From: Promethearchaeota archaeon
GTDB taxonomy: Archaea; Asgardarchaeota; Lokiarchaeia; Sigyniarchaeales; SOKP01
Assembly (NCBI GenBank): GCA_016839585.1
Contig: JAEOTZ010000056.1
Coordinates: forward strand, 1-64,000
Direction of reading: 5' to 3'
DNA: 64,000 nucleotides
The notes beneath the pieces are model-generated. The model had not been told where the DNA came from. It was given only the letters and a program-made list of their open reading frames with translations, and did not search any database. Both the position numbers and the translations under genes were made by a program. Positions 28,343-38,946 of this stretch are shown piece by piece. How positions within the stretch are numbered: the first letter of the stretch is position 1; each line of letters begins with the position of its first letter.

Positions 28343-29219
28343 TTACTATTGTGTGCTCTTGTTGAGCTACGGGTTCACGAGTTCTTTCTATTAAAATAGG
28401 ATATTTATCAAGGATTTGTTTTCTTAGAAAATCATTAACAATTCTCATTATTCTATTCTTAGGTATTAAATTGTTATTTTCAATCCATCTTGGTGAAAAT
28501 GGAAGTCGTCTAAAGTTTTTTTCAATTTTATTCATATAGTTTTGTAGCTCATAGGGCATATTTTTCTTTACTTTTTTAACAAATCGATATATATAGGCAT
28601 GATCTCCATTTTCAACTAATCCTTCTCCTGAAGTTGCAAATGGTTCACATGCAAATGCATCTCCAGATTTTAATATATTGTTATGCCTTTTTTCCAAATA
28701 ATTTGGTATAAATGGGCCTGCATGGAGATTATATTGCTTCAATTCATGACCGCCAAGATTTCTAATTGGTTTTAAGCCATAGCTTTTAATTTTATCTTCA
28801 ATTGCACCTCCTAACTCATATAATTTAGTACCAGGCTTAAATAGAGCAATTGCAGCTTCAAGACCTTCTTCTGCCGCATCTATATAATTTTGTAGCTTTG
28901 GATCTCCATCAATATTTATTGTAAAAGCAGAATCTGCTATATAACCGTTAAAGTGAGACCCCAAATCAATTTTTAACAAACCTCTTTCTGGAACAATAGT
29001 ATCATCATCAATTGGCGGACTATAGTGGGCAGCTATCTCATTTAAAGACATATTAATAGGAAAAGACAAATTTGCACCGTTTTTTATAATTTCAGCTTCA
29101 CATTTATTAGCAATTTCTAAAAACAATGCACCAGGATGAATAATTTTTCTTGCTAACTTCTTGGCAGCTATTACTGCTTTTCCAGCCTTAATATAATCTT
29201 GAATATAATCTTCACTCAT
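28302..29219 (-). CDS. map: methionine aminopeptidase type II
   Basis: FPIN.S.NEIAAHYSP, KIDLGSH.NGYIADSAFT, NLGGH, LHAG, ACEPFAT.G.G, AQQEHT. Confidence 0.95.
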   Translation of the reverse strand: MSEDYIQDYIKAGKAVIAAKKLARKIIHPGALFLEIANKCEAEIIKNGANLSFPINMSLNEIAAHYSPPIDDDTIVPERGLLKIDLGSHFNGYIADSAFTINIDGDPKLQNYIDAAEEGLEAAIALFKPGTKLYELGGAIEDKIKSYGLKPIRNLGGHELKQYNLHAGPFIPNYLEKRHNNILKSGDAFACEPFATSGEGLVENGDHAYIYRFVKKVKKNMPYELQNYMNKIEKNFRRLPFSPRWIENNNLIPKNRIMRIVNDFLRKQILDKYPILIERTREPVAQQEHTIVIDKEGNTIVTTEE

Positions 29220-29259
29220 AATTTAAATATTAATAAGGTTATTTTTAGATTTTAAAAAA

Positions 29260-30579
29260 CTAAGGAGTTAAGCGATCTGGAGTACGTGGATAAAATATTG
29301 ATTCCCGAATATCATCTAATCCACATAAAAAAGTGATCCAACGGTCTATCCCTAAGCCAAATCCAGCATGAGGTGGCATTCCAAAATCAAATACTTTAAG
29401 GTGGGACTTAAAAGATATAGGATTTAAGCCTTTAGATTCAAGCGCAGCAATTAGGTGATCTTTATTATGGACTCGCGATCCACCTGAAGTTAATTCAAGC
29501 CATCCCATTTGTAAGTCGAAAGATTCACTATATTTTGGATTTTTGGAATGCATAATATAAAATGGTTTTATTATCATTGGCCAGTGAGTAATATAATAAT
29601 ATTCTGTTAATTCATTCCCTAATTTACGATAAGCTTCTGTTGATATATCTTCACCCCATTCTATATTTAGACTAAATTTGTTTTCTATTAGTTCAAGGAT
29701 CTCATCATATTTATATCTGGGAAAAGGAATTTCAGGAATAATGGTTTTATTCTCCATATTTAGAAATCTTAAAGCAGTAATTTGATTTTCTCTGATATCC
29801 TTAATAACTTTATGAACTAGTTCTTCTAATACCGTAAGAACATCATACATATTTGAAAACGCCATCTCAACATCTAAAGTAAAAATTTCACATACATGTC
29901 GCCTGGTACGACTTTTCTCTGCCCTGAAAGCTGGGCTAATTTCATAAACCCGTTCGTAAACACCACTAAGTTGTTCTTTGTAAAGTTGAGCAGATTGTGT
30001 TAAAAAAGCTTCTTTATCAAAATACATTATCGGAAATAATTCTGTACCTCCTTCTGTGGCTGAACCAATTATTTTTGGAGTTGTTATTTCTGTGAAGTCT
30101 CTCTCAGTTAGAAATTTTCTAATAGAATTTAACACCTGACCTCTAATATCAAAAATTGCTTGATTTCTCTGTGATCTTAAATCTAAAGGTCGATTATTTA
30201 ATCTCAAATCTAATTCAGATATAGTTTCCCCCGTCATATCAATAGGAAGTTTTTCAGGGGTTTTATTTAGGATTTTAATATCTGAGGGGATTATTTCGAT
30301 TCCTCCTGGAGCTTTTTTGAACGTTTTGACTTTACCCTTAACCATAATGCAATATTGATATCCAAGCTTAGCTTTTTCAAACAGCTCATCGGAAATATCA
30401 CCTTTTTTTAAAGTAATTTGACGTTCTCCGTACTTGTCCTGAAGATTTATAAACTTTAAACCACCCAAATCTCTATAATTTCTAACCCATCCACCTAATA
30501 TAACTTCTTGGCCAACTAATTCAGGAGAGACATCTTTAGTATAATGTGTTTTTCTCCAATCACCCAACTCATCTAGCAT
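29260..30579 (-). CDS. aspS: archaeal aspartyl-tRNA synthetase (probably non-discriminating)
   Basis: GWV...[53 protein letters not shown]. The KAPGG proline is typical of ND-AspRS. Confidence 0.93.
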   Translation of the reverse strand: MLDELGDWRKTHYTKDVSPELVGQEVILGGWVRNYRDLGGLKFINLQDKYGERQITLKKGDISDELFEKAKLGYQYCIMVKGKVKTFKKAPGGIEIIPSDIKILNKTPEKLPIDMTGETISELDLRLNNRPLDLRSQRNQAIFDIRGQVLNSIRKFLTERDFTEITTPKIIGSATEGGTELFPIMYFDKEAFLTQSAQLYKEQLSGVYERVYEISPAFRAEKSRTRRHVCEIFTLDVEMAFSNMYDVLTVLEELVHKVIKDIRENQITALRFLNMENKTIIPEIPFPRYKYDEILELIENKFSLNIEWGEDISTEAYRKLGNELTEYYYITHWPMIIKPFYIMHSKNPKYSESFDLQMGWLELTSGGSRVHNKDHLIAALESKGLNPISFKSHLKVFDFGMPPHAGFGLGIDRWITFLCGLDDIRESIFYPRTPDRLTP

Positions 30580-30667
30580 TATTCTGTAGCCATTTGTATT
30601 TTTTTATAATTAATTTTGCAAAAAGTTGAATAAAAATTAAATTTTTGCCATCTTATTAAGTGGTAAT

Positions 30668-32233
30668 ATGATAAAATTTAATTGGGAAGGTAAAAGAAAA
30701 GCTATTGAATTTCTGAATTCACTGGAACATGAAAAAAAATACGAGTTTAAAGTAATTGAATCAATATTGGCTCCTAAAAATGAAAATATTGAGCGTGACT
30801 CTAATTTAATTTATCAAAATGGTAAAAAAGAATTAAGAAATCTTAAAAAAGAGCAAAGTTGGGAAAACCAGCTTTATTGGGGAGATAATTATGTAGTAAT
30901 GAAATTTTTAATACAAAAATTTAGAGAAAAAATTAACCTAATTTATTTTGATCCACCTTTTGCTACTGGTGGAGATTTCAATTACATAATACAAATAGGT
31001 GAAAGTGAAGCTTCTAAAAGTTCGAGTAAATGGTTAAGAAAAACTGCTTATAGTGATACTTGGAAAGAAGGTTTTGAATCATATCTTAATTTTATGTATG
31101 AAAGGTTATTGCTAATGAAAGAACTCCTAAGCCAAGAAGGAAGCATCTACGTACATCTTGATTGGCATATGGGGCATTATATAAAGATACTTATGGATGA
31201 AATTTTTGGAGTTGATAATTTTGGAAATGAAATAATATGGGCATATCCAGCCGCTTCTGTCCAGACTAGACGATTCTTTATACGTTCCTTTGATATTCTA
31301 TTATTTTATACTAAATCAAATAATTACACTTTTAATGACGATCCTAATATTTATATGGAATATTCAGATCGAGTCAAGAAAGCATTAAAGAAAGATGATA
31401 AAGGGACTTACTATTATCGGGGTGGAAGCCATAATGGTAAGAAATTATCACAGAAAGTGTATATCAAAGAAAAAGGAATATTTCCACGAGATGTATGGAA
31501 TGATATTCCCTATGTAAGAGCAAATACTATAGAATACCAAGGATTTTCTACTCAAAAGCCAGAACGCCTATTAAAAAGGATTATATTAGCATCTACAAAT
31601 AAGAATGACCTTATTGCAGATTTTTTTTGCGGTTCAGGTACGACTTTAACAGTTGCAGAAAAACTTGATAGACGTTGGATTGGGTGCGATATTGCCAAGC
31701 ACGCCATTCATATATCAAAGAAAAGACTGCTCGATATTTATAATAGTAATGATATGTTCAATTGGAAAAATATTTATGGAAAAGATATTGGTCCATTTAA
31801 GATTCTACAAATTAATGAACCCAAAAAAGTACAATTAATCCCTACAGAATTCTTGGCGAAAGGGATTAACCATGAAATTAAGTTAAATACTTTCGAAAAG
31901 CCTAGTTTTAATGTAAAAATTGAAAAAAAAGATAATAAAGCATTTTGTGAATTGACTGATTATTCTTTTCCATATGAAAATTTAATTTCTGATAATCTTA
32001 AAAAAAATATCAAAAAATGGACGGATTGGATCGATTATTGGGCAATAGATTTTGATAATAAGAGTGATATTTTCATTGTCATGTGGGTTTCTTATAGAAC
32101 TCGTAAAAATCGAGGTTTAAAATTAATCTCAACACCTTATAATTTTTCTAAAAAAAAATCCTATAAGGTTTTAATAAAAGTTATTGATATTTTTGGTATA
32201 GAAACTGTCCAAAAATACAATATCGCACTTTAA
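30668..32233 (+). CDS. beta-class N6A/N4C DNA methyltransferase (Mod-like, orphan)
   Basis: WGDN, IYFDPPF, GSIYVHLDW, NEIIW, TQKPE.LL.RII..S, DFFCGSGTT, IDYWAIDF. Confidence 0.88.
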   Translation: MIKFNWEGKRKAIEFLNSLEHEKKYEFKVIESILAPKNENIERDSNLIYQNGKKELRNLKKEQSWENQLYWGDNYVVMKFLIQKFREKINLIYFDPPFATGGDFNYIIQIGESEASKSSSKWLRKTAYSDTWKEGFESYLNFMYERLLLMKELLSQEGSIYVHLDWHMGHYIKILMDEIFGVDNFGNEIIWAYPAASVQTRRFFIRSFDILLFYTKSNNYTFNDDPNIYMEYSDRVKKALKKDDKGTYYYRGGSHNGKKLSQKVYIKEKGIFPRDVWNDIPYVRANTIEYQGFSTQKPERLLKRIILASTNKNDLIADFFCGSGTTLTVAEKLDRRWIGCDIAKHAIHISKKRLLDIYNSNDMFNWKNIYGKDIGPFKILQINEPKKVQLIPTEFLAKGINHEIKLNTFEKPSFNVKIEKKDNKAFCELTDYSFPYENLISDNLKKNIKKWTDWIDYWAIDFDNKSDIFIVMWVSYRTRKNRGLKLISTPYNFSKKKSYKVLIKVIDIFGIETVQKYNIAL

Positions 32234-32253
32234 TTTTCTCTTAATCGATGGAA

Positions 32254-33639
32254 TTATTTAATAATTTCCCTAAGAAGCATAGTAGCATAAGATCCTTTTT
32301 GAATAGAAAATTCAATTTTTACTTTTCTCTTGTTCTGATAGAAATCATCCTCTGTAAATTCTATTAACTTTAGATCAATTGGTTTTATCATCATCGCTCT
32401 AGTAGATCCTTTAAATTCGAATGTATCTAAGAGTTTTTGTTTAAAAATTTTTTGATTTATGTTTTCTTGTTCTATAATTACATCATAAATGGTTTTCATT
32501 AGTGGGAATTTGTTCATATCAGTATCATAACCAATAATTGGAGCTATTATAGACGCTCGATTGAGATTCAGTGCCTGTTTTAGATATTCATCATAATCTC
32601 CACCATATATATAATTAACTTGAGTTATGTTACCATTATCATCATCAAGTATGCTAATAACATCACCTTTTAAAGGTTCAAATAAAGAGAAACCTTTATG
32701 ATATCTTAAAGAAATCATCTTATTAAATAGATAAGATTGGAAAGAACTTATTAACAATCTCTTTAAACTAAAAGATAAAGATGATATACACCCTTCATAA
32801 TCTCCAGGGTTCTCTATTAAATACTTTATCATTTTTCTTTCATAGAATAGACTATGTGGAAAATTCACATATGCATTTTGATAATTTTTGTTTTTCTCCA
32901 GGTCTTTTCTTACTTTTATTGATTCCTGAGATTCTGTAGAATAAGTTGATGTTACAAATTCATTAAAAGCGTTTTTATAATCATTTTCTAATAGATATCG
33001 ACCAATTAAGTGAGAATTCGGTCTAAAGGTACCAAATCTCTGGAGACCAAAATAATTAGGAAATCCATATTTAATTAAGAAATTTAATATTTCTTTAATC
33101 TTGTTTTCTAAATTTTCCTTGCTTTCTATATTTCTAATTATTATAGTAAAATAATTACCCCAATGACTTCCTAATTTAACAGATTTTTTAGAAGAAGTTA
33201 TATCTCTGAAATATAAATCATTAAATTTTAAATTTCTTAGTTTTTCTATATAATCTCCTTTTATGGAAACTTTTTGAGCACTAATAGAACATTTATCTTT
33301 TAATCCAGAATATTGGATTAATTCTGAAGGGATTTTTAAGGTATTACTAATTTCTCTTATGGCTTCAAATGTATCCTTATTAAATTTAATTAAATTGAAT
33401 GTAGTATATTTATTATTCGATTCTTCTGAAAAAGAGAAATTCTTCTTACCCTTATTTATTTTAAGAATTTTTCCCTTATTGGTTATTTCTTGTACAATAA
33501 AATCCTTGTAAGTTTTTTTATATTCTCCACCAATACCATCTATTCTAGATGTAGCATAAGCTTCAATTCCTACAAATTTTTCTAATTCTTTATTATCATT
33601 TTCAGCAAATAAGTAAGTTACATCCTCTTTTTCTAACAA
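32254..33639 (-). CDS. truD: tRNA pseudouridine(13) synthase
   Basis: DFIVQEI, SGLKDK..IS.Q, LG.H.GN.F.I, PNYFGLQRFG, QSYLFN, KGSYAT.LLREI. Confidence 0.93.
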   Translation of the reverse strand: MLEKEDVTYLFAENDNKELEKFVGIEAYATSRIDGIGGEYKKTYKDFIVQEITNKGKILKINKGKKNFSFSEESNNKYTTFNLIKFNKDTFEAIREISNTLKIPSELIQYSGLKDKCSISAQKVSIKGDYIEKLRNLKFNDLYFRDITSSKKSVKLGSHWGNYFTIIIRNIESKENLENKIKEILNFLIKYGFPNYFGLQRFGTFRPNSHLIGRYLLENDYKNAFNEFVTSTYSTESQESIKVRKDLEKNKNYQNAYVNFPHSLFYERKMIKYLIENPGDYEGCISSLSFSLKRLLISSFQSYLFNKMISLRYHKGFSLFEPLKGDVISILDDDNGNITQVNYIYGGDYDEYLKQALNLNRASIIAPIIGYDTDMNKFPLMKTIYDVIIEQENINQKIFKQKLLDTFEFKGSTRAMMIKPIDLKLIEFTEDDFYQNKRKVKIEFSIQKGSYATMLLREIIK

Positions 33640-33660
33640 TTTTATAGCCTATTAATCTGA

Positions 33661-34017
33661 TTATAATAATTTTAAATCTCCTGTAATCTTATCAATTTCT
33701 GTAGATAATACAGGTCCAATACCTACTGCTGTTGTTGTTCCTGGAGGTAATTGAGTAAGACCAGCATCTTTTACGATAAAATATGGTAATTTATGTTTCT
33801 CAAGTTTAATAATCATATTATTCAATTCTTCCTTACTCTTTATTTTGAGAACTATCTTTTTCTGTCCAGAATTTTTCCAATTTTTCCAAACACTTTTATT
33901 TTGAAATCGAACTAAATCTGAAGCTGAAACACTAGCATGGCACGACTGGGCACACTTTTTACCAGTTCCCATTTCAAGATCTGTTCTTATTAAAATAACT
34001 TGCTTATATTCTTCCAC
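33661..34017 (-). CDS. pth2: peptidyl-tRNA hydrolase 2
   Basis: [50 protein letters not shown]. Confidence 0.95.
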   Translation of the reverse strand: MEEYKQVILIRTDLEMGTGKKCAQSCHASVSASDLVRFQNKSVWKNWKNSGQKKIVLKIKSKEELNNMIIKLEKHKLPYFIVKDAGLTQLPPGTTTAVGIGPVLSTEIDKITGDLKLL

Positions 34018-34066
34018 GATATCTTAAACCTATTATATTTTAAGAAATTAGTAAATTAAATTCTAA

Positions 34067-34576
34067 CTATTGAAACTCAATCCTAGTAATATTTCCTGTT
34101 AGTTCTAAAATCAATTCTTCTAGTTCTTCTTTAGTAAATAGAATTTTATCTTTATCTTCCTCTCGAAGAACTGCCCTAAATTGAACATCACCAGTAGCTA
34201 AGAAGATTTCATTTAACGAGACCAATTTGCTAGGTGCAATTAATGCTTCTACTACTGGTCTAGGATTACTTGTTTTTTCAATTAATATAGTTTCATCTAT
34301 TTGATATGTTTCTTTTACCCAAGCTATTAATTCTGATGATATTTTAAGTTTATCTTTATTTCCAATCACCAATATTACAACATCTTCGTAATCAATTGCT
34401 TTATGAAAAGAAACATTTTTTAGAAATTCAAATTTCTCAGAATCTTCCAATTCATTCAAATTTTTGGCTAAATCTAGCTCAAATTCCGTAATTTCTCCAG
34501 TATCTAATTTTTCCTGACAACTAGTGCATAAAAATCCCGAGTTTACACATGTCTTACAAGCTGGAAGAACTTTCAT
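34067..34576 (-). CDS. archaeal NusA-like (Cys-rich) protein
   Basis: PACKTC..SG.LC..C..KL..GEI N-terminus followed by a KH-like region. Confidence 0.65.
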   Translation of the reverse strand: MKVLPACKTCVNSGFLCTSCQEKLDTGEITEFELDLAKNLNELEDSEKFEFLKNVSFHKAIDYEDVVILVIGNKDKLKISSELIAWVKETYQIDETILIEKTSNPRPVVEALIAPSKLVSLNEIFLATGDVQFRAVLREEDKDKILFTKEELEELILELTGNITRIEFQ

Positions 34577-34593
34577 TCAATTTTGACCTAAAA

Positions 34594-34788
34594 TTAAATT
34601 TCTATAATCTCACAACCAATATTCCTTAATATACGTTCTGCTGATGTTGGATCTGTTTTATATGTATAAAGATGTCTCTTGGTCCTAAGTTTGAGCTTAA
34701 CTATATCTTTAATCCTCTTTACCCTACAATGAAATGCATACTCAGATAATTCTAAAAACTTATTCTCATCAAATATTTCTTTTGGCAA
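34594..34788 (-). CDS. rpl38e: 50S ribosomal protein eL38
   Basis: MPKEI.D..KFLE....A...RVKR....VKLKLRT.R.LYTY. Confidence 0.85.
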   Translation of the reverse strand: MPKEIFDENKFLELSEYAFHCRVKRIKDIVKLKLRTKRHLYTYKTDPTSAERILRNIGCEIIEI

Positions 34789-34978
34789 ATTTCCTCAGCT
34801 AAGTTTCAGTATTGTAATGATGTGTAGATCTATAATCTATAGAATTTTAATTTTATCATATTATTCAATAATTTTAAACAAAAATTTTATTTTGAATCAT
34901 ATTTTTTAAAAATTATTCCTATCTTAGTAATTTCTAAGTTAAATTTAAAATCAAAATAAAAAAGAAGAACTGAGTAAA

Positions 34979-35140
34979 TTGCCAATTGATGACCCAGTTA
35001 AGAGGAAAATTGCCAGGTATCATTTACTGGAAAAATCAGTATGTAGACGTTGCGGTGCTTTGAATCCTATCAGAGCCAAAAAATGTCGAAGATGTCACGG
35101 TAAAGACTTACGTTTAAAAAAAAGAGACCTTACAAAGTAG
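34979..35140 (+). CDS. rpl40e: 50S ribosomal protein eL40 (missed by ORF track)
   Basis: TTG start; MPIDDPVKRKIARYHLLEKSVCRRCGALNPIRAKKCRRCHGKDLRLKKRDLTK*. Confidence 0.93.
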   Translation: MPIDDPVKRKIARYHLLEKSVCRRCGALNPIRAKKCRRCHGKDLRLKKRDLTK

Positions 35141-35273
35141 TTTTGTTTGATTTTTTCTACTTATTTTAAGAATTTTAATCTTGACCTAAGATTATTGAAT
35201 AACTTTTCAAAAATTTTTTAATGAAAACCTTAATACTCTTTTTCTTTAAATAGGTAGAAAATGAAAAGGTAAT

Positions 35274-35555
35274 ATGACAGAGAATCGTAAATTGTTATGT
35301 GAGGTTGTTTTTTCTGATCATAATTTAGGGTTATTAACAAGCTTAATAGGACATATAGATGAGAGTCAGTTAGATCAATTTTCAAACGGAGGAGGCAAGT
35401 TTATTACTTTAAAAGAAAAGCATCACCCACCCATTTATAAACCTGACATAAAAGAGATAATTATTTATCGGGTAGATAAACATTCCACTATTGGTAAGGA
35501 AAAAATAGACTTGAATAATTATATCAAAAGCAACTTTAAAGTAAAAATTAGTTAA
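35274..35555 (+). CDS. hypothetical protein
   Basis: 93-aa ORF with AAGGT upstream of the ATG. Confidence 0.6.
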   Translation: MTENRKLLCEVVFSDHNLGLLTSLIGHIDESQLDQFSNGGGKFITLKEKHHPPIYKPDIKEIIIYRVDKHSTIGKEKIDLNNYIKSNFKVKIS

Positions 35556-35768
35556 AGATTTTTTTATACTCCCTCAACTATTTATATTCTTCTTAGATTG
35601 TACCTTCTAATATTGAACTAATTTCAATATTTTATACTCTCAGCTTTATATTTAAAAAAAACAAAAAATTCGTAAACTTTTTTAATTTTATGACTTAGAG
35701 ATCATTATATATATAATCATTAAAAATCAAAATTAAATCAAAATAAAATTTACAGAACGTGAAAAATA

Positions 35769-37457
35769 ATGGCACAATTAGGTGGAACTCCTGTATTAAT
35801 AATGAGGGAAGGCACAGAGAGAACACGCGGTAGGGATGCATTGGAAAACAATATTGCTGCCGCCATAGTAATTGCAGAAGCAGTTAGAACATCATTAGGA
35901 CCACGGGGAATGGACAAAATGCTTGTAGATCAATTCGGAGATGTAGTCATTACGAATGATGGTGCAACAATTCTTAAAGAAATAGATGTTCAACATCCAG
36001 CAGCTAAAATGATGGTCGAGGTTGCAAAAACTCAGGATTCTGAAGTTGGAGATGGGACAACAACATCTGTAATTCTTGCTGGAGAGCTTCTAAAGCGCGC
36101 TAAGAAACTTTTAGAACAAAAAATACATCCTACAGTGATTACAGAAGGTTTTAGGAAGGCATCAGAAAAAGCTATAGAAATTTTAGATAAGATGTCAATC
36201 AAAAGTGGCATTGACGATAAAATAGGGCTAAAAAACGCGGCTATGACATGTATGTCATCAAAACTTGTTTCAGAAAGTAAAGAACAATTAGCCCAAATCT
36301 GTATGAATGCTATTGAGGCTATTGCTGAAAAAGATGATAATGGTAATTGGGTTGCTGATATTGAAAAGGTTCAAATTCAAAAGAAAGCAGGAGAAAGCAT
36401 AGATGATACTAGTTTAATTAAGGGTATCATTCTTGATAAAGAAGTCGTAAGTCCAGGCATGCCAAAAATCATTAAAGATGCAAAAATCTTACTCTTACAA
36501 AGTGCAATAGAAATTGAAAAGACAGAATTTGACACTAAACTCCAAATTACCAGCCCTGAACAAATTCAACAATTCCTTGATGAAGAAGAGAAAATGTTAA
36601 GGACTATGGTTGAGAAGGTCGTTAATTCCGGAGCTAATGTAGTTATCTGTCAGAAAGGAATAGATGATATGGCTCAACATTTCTTATCTAAAGCTGGAAT
36701 TATGGCTGTTAGAAGAGTAAAAAAATCAGACCTTGAAAAACTATCAAAAGCTACTGGTGGTATGATCTTCACCAATCTTGATGATATAACTGAAAATACA
36801 CTAGGTTGGGCAGGACTAGTAGAAGAACGTAAGATTATGAACGATAGCTGGATTTTTATTGAAGAATGTAAAGATCCTAAATCTGTTGTAATTTTGATCA
36901 GAGGTGGTACTGAACTTGTTGTCGATGAGGCTGAAAGAGCCATTCATGATGCCCTTTGCGTAGTGAGAGATGTCGTAGAAGATCAAAAACTCGTTGGTGG
37001 TGGAGGCGCTCCAGAATTAGAAACTGCTATTCAATTGAGACAATATGCCTCTACCTTAGGAGGTCGTGAGCAATTAGCAGTAGAAATTTTTGCTGATAGC
37101 CTTGATATAATCCCAAAAACCTTAGCTGAAAATGCTGGCCTAGATCAAATTGATTCCTTAATGAAATTGAGAGCATCACATCAAAAAGGCAATAAATTTG
37201 CGGGTCTTGATCTAGATACTGGCAATGTAATTGATGACATGGCTAAAGTGGGTGTCGTTGAACCAACCGTAGTTAAAGTTCAAGCTATTAAAAGCTCGAC
37301 CGAAGCAACTTCCATGATCCTTCGCATTGACGATGTAATTGCTGGTGCAAAAAGCGCGATGCCACCTGGAATGCCTCCTGGAGGTCCTGGCGGTATGCCG
37401 CCTGGGATGGGGGGTATGGGAGGTATGGGTGGAGGATATCCTCCAGATATGTATTAG
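35769..37457 (+). CDS. ths: thermosome (group II chaperonin) subunit
   Basis: [40 protein letters not shown]; Pro/Gly/Met-rich tail. Confidence 0.97.
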   Translation: MAQLGGTPVLIMREGTERTRGRDALENNIAAAIVIAEAVRTSLGPRGMDKMLVDQFGDVVITNDGATILKEIDVQHPAAKMMVEVAKTQDSEVGDGTTTSVILAGELLKRAKKLLEQKIHPTVITEGFRKASEKAIEILDKMSIKSGIDDKIGLKNAAMTCMSSKLVSESKEQLAQICMNAIEAIAEKDDNGNWVADIEKVQIQKKAGESIDDTSLIKGIILDKEVVSPGMPKIIKDAKILLLQSAIEIEKTEFDTKLQITSPEQIQQFLDEEEKMLRTMVEKVVNSGANVVICQKGIDDMAQHFLSKAGIMAVRRVKKSDLEKLSKATGGMIFTNLDDITENTLGWAGLVEERKIMNDSWIFIEECKDPKSVVILIRGGTELVVDEAERAIHDALCVVRDVVEDQKLVGGGGAPELETAIQLRQYASTLGGREQLAVEIFADSLDIIPKTLAENAGLDQIDSLMKLRASHQKGNKFAGLDLDTGNVIDDMAKVGVVEPTVVKVQAIKSSTEATSMILRIDDVIAGAKSAMPPGMPPGGPGGMPPGMGGMGGMGGGYPPDMY

Positions 37458-37466
37458 ATCTAATCA

Positions 37467-37500
37467 TTTTTTTTAATTTATTTTTTCTTTCTATTTTTCT
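37467..37500 (+). terminator. T-rich terminator of ths
   Basis: Consecutive T-runs starting about 10 nt after the stop. Confidence 0.55.
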
Positions 37501-37560
37501 TATAGCTTTTAAACTATTTTTTGAGCAACTTTATATTCGATTAGATCTATTCCATCAATT
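37481..37560. repeat. repeat A copy 1 (other copy 43271-43350); decayed gene 3' end on - strand
   Basis: Ungapped 80-nt alignment, 63/80 identical by manual count. Minus strand reads IDGIDLIEYKVAQKIV*KL*EK* versus INGIEIVGCELAQNIAKKLQEK* in copy 2. Confidence 0.75.
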
Positions 37561-37624
37561 TAATGAATAATCTCGATAAGTAATAACCAGAAGTATATAA
37601 TAATTTCCCAGAGACCTCTCGTTT

Positions 37625-38065
37625 TTATTCACTTTTTTTAAGGTTAAAACTATGTCTAAACTGTGCCATCATTTCCTCGAAAGTCTCCATCCATTTCTTA
37701 ATGGCGCTTATTGTATTATCATATTCTATAATTTCAATACCATCAGGTAAATTAAATACGTCAATCGAGTCAGAATCGACTACCGCTTGGTTATACAGTA
37801 TAGGAGATATATCCCTATATATTACTCGATTATTATAGCTCTCTGCCTTCTTGATTATATCCTGTGCCAAGTCATGAAGAGGTTCCCACATGTAATCTTC
37901 ACAGGGGACTACCACCTGTCTAAAAAGAGTAGCTGCCTGTACCCAGTTTGGATCTTGATATTCATTCATCTCTTCTTCCAAAAGCTTTCTTATTTCATGC
38001 TCAATATACCCTTGGATATCAACACGAGTATCATACATCCTGTCTAATCCTGCCAATTTCCTCAC
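37625..38065 (-). CDS. hypothetical protein
   Basis: 146-aa ORF; the real start is probably TTG 38056 after SD GGTGA. Confidence 0.65.
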   Translation of the reverse strand: MRKLAGLDRMYDTRVDIQGYIEHEIRKLLEEEMNEYQDPNWVQAATLFRQVVVPCEDYMWEPLHDLAQDIIKKAESYNNRVIYRDISPILYNQAVVDSDSIDVFNLPDGIEIIEYDNTISAIKKWMETFEEMMAQFRHSFNLKKSE

Positions 38066-38180
38066 CTTTTAGATTTATAGTTTCTACTTCTCTGAATATT
38101 AATTAAATTTATAATTAGAATCATTTTCTTTTCATTATATTTAAAGAAAAATCTAATCACTCTTGACGAAAATCAAAACA

Positions 38181-38507
38181 AATTCAAAGCTTAATCTAAT
38201 AGTGGAGAAAGGTATATTTTTATAATACTTAGTGATTATTTATTCTAACAATCCATAAAATTATAAATTAAGGTGATTAAAAATTACATTAAAATTTCCA
38301 AGTTCTATAATTTGTCCTAGTTGCAAAAAGGAAATTAGGATCGAACGCGATGAAAAGGGTATGCTAATTACTGATGAACTTCTCACAATGCGAATAAGGA
38401 CTCCACTTTATACAGTTCCCGGAAAAATAACAGATGCCCGTGTAGATATAAGTATATGCTCTCAATGTCGCACGATAGTTGGAATCGGTAGAAAAATGTA
38501 AGTTCTT
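38181..38507 (+). repeat. repeat B copy 1 (direct repeat of 46423-46749), promoter plus small gene
   Basis: Co-linear at a constant 8242-nt offset over about 325 nt with scattered substitutions. Confidence 0.9.
38283..38501 (+). CDS. 72-aa C4 zinc-finger protein, copy 1 (probable ATT start)
   Basis: (M)TLKFPSSIICPSCKKEIRIERDEKGMLITDELLTMRIRTPLYTVPGKITDARVDISICSQCRTIVGIGRKM*. SD GGTGA 6 nt upstream; frame and Cys residues conserved in copy 2 with synonymous changes. Confidence 0.75.
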   Translation: MTLKFPSSIICPSCKKEIRIERDEKGMLITDELLTMRIRTPLYTVPGKITDARVDISICSQCRTIVGIGRKM

Positions 38508-38527
38508 TTATTCATCCATAATCTAAT

Positions 38528-38638
38528 TTATTCTTTTTGTAGTTCTCTCATAATGGCTATAATGCTTGTAGGTAAAGTGATTCCAGCAATGACTAAAGCA
38601 ATAATAAGTCCATATTTTTGTAAATTTTCGCGACTCAT
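38528..38638 (-). CDS. 36-aa single-TM peptide or gene fragment
   Basis: MSRENLQKYGLIIALVIAGITLPTSIIAIMRELQKE*. Confidence 0.4.
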   Translation of the reverse strand: MSRENLQKYGLIIALVIAGITLPTSIIAIMRELQKE

Positions 38639-38693
38639 AAGTAGTATTGTGTATGGTTTGTTTATAAATTCATTTTTATTTTTATTCAATCCA

Positions 38694-38840
38694 TTATAAA
38701 AAAACAGCTGTTATTATTGCGACAGCAATCCCCGCAAGTGTTACTATTATTGTTGGAACTTTTACCTTTTTCTCCCATTTTTTCTTAAATGCAACAATAG
38801 TAAGAACACATGCTATTGCTGATATTGAGATTGAAGTCCT
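38694..38840 (-). pseudogene. startless 3' fragment of a membrane protein gene
   Basis: TSISISAIACVLTIVAFKKKWEKKVKVPTIIVTLAGIAVAIITAVFL* with no recognisable start. Confidence 0.35.
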
Positions 38841-38946
38841 ATATCAAAATTAAATTTTTTATTTAATAAAAAAAAAGTTGTTTTATTATTTTTTTGCTGA
38901 TAATTTAGGTTAGGTATCACAAATTACAAGGAAAGATTTAAATAAA

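Noticed and set aside
35720-35750. AAAATCAAA motif shared by leaders of ths, rpl40e and others and by the ncRNA loop (decoy hypothesis)
   Set aside because: Low-complexity A-rich word expected often in this AT-rich sequence; needs an enrichment test.
37350-37457. GC-rich repetitive stretch as possible RNA or repeat element
   Set aside because: Encodes the normal Pro/Gly/Met-rich chaperonin tail.
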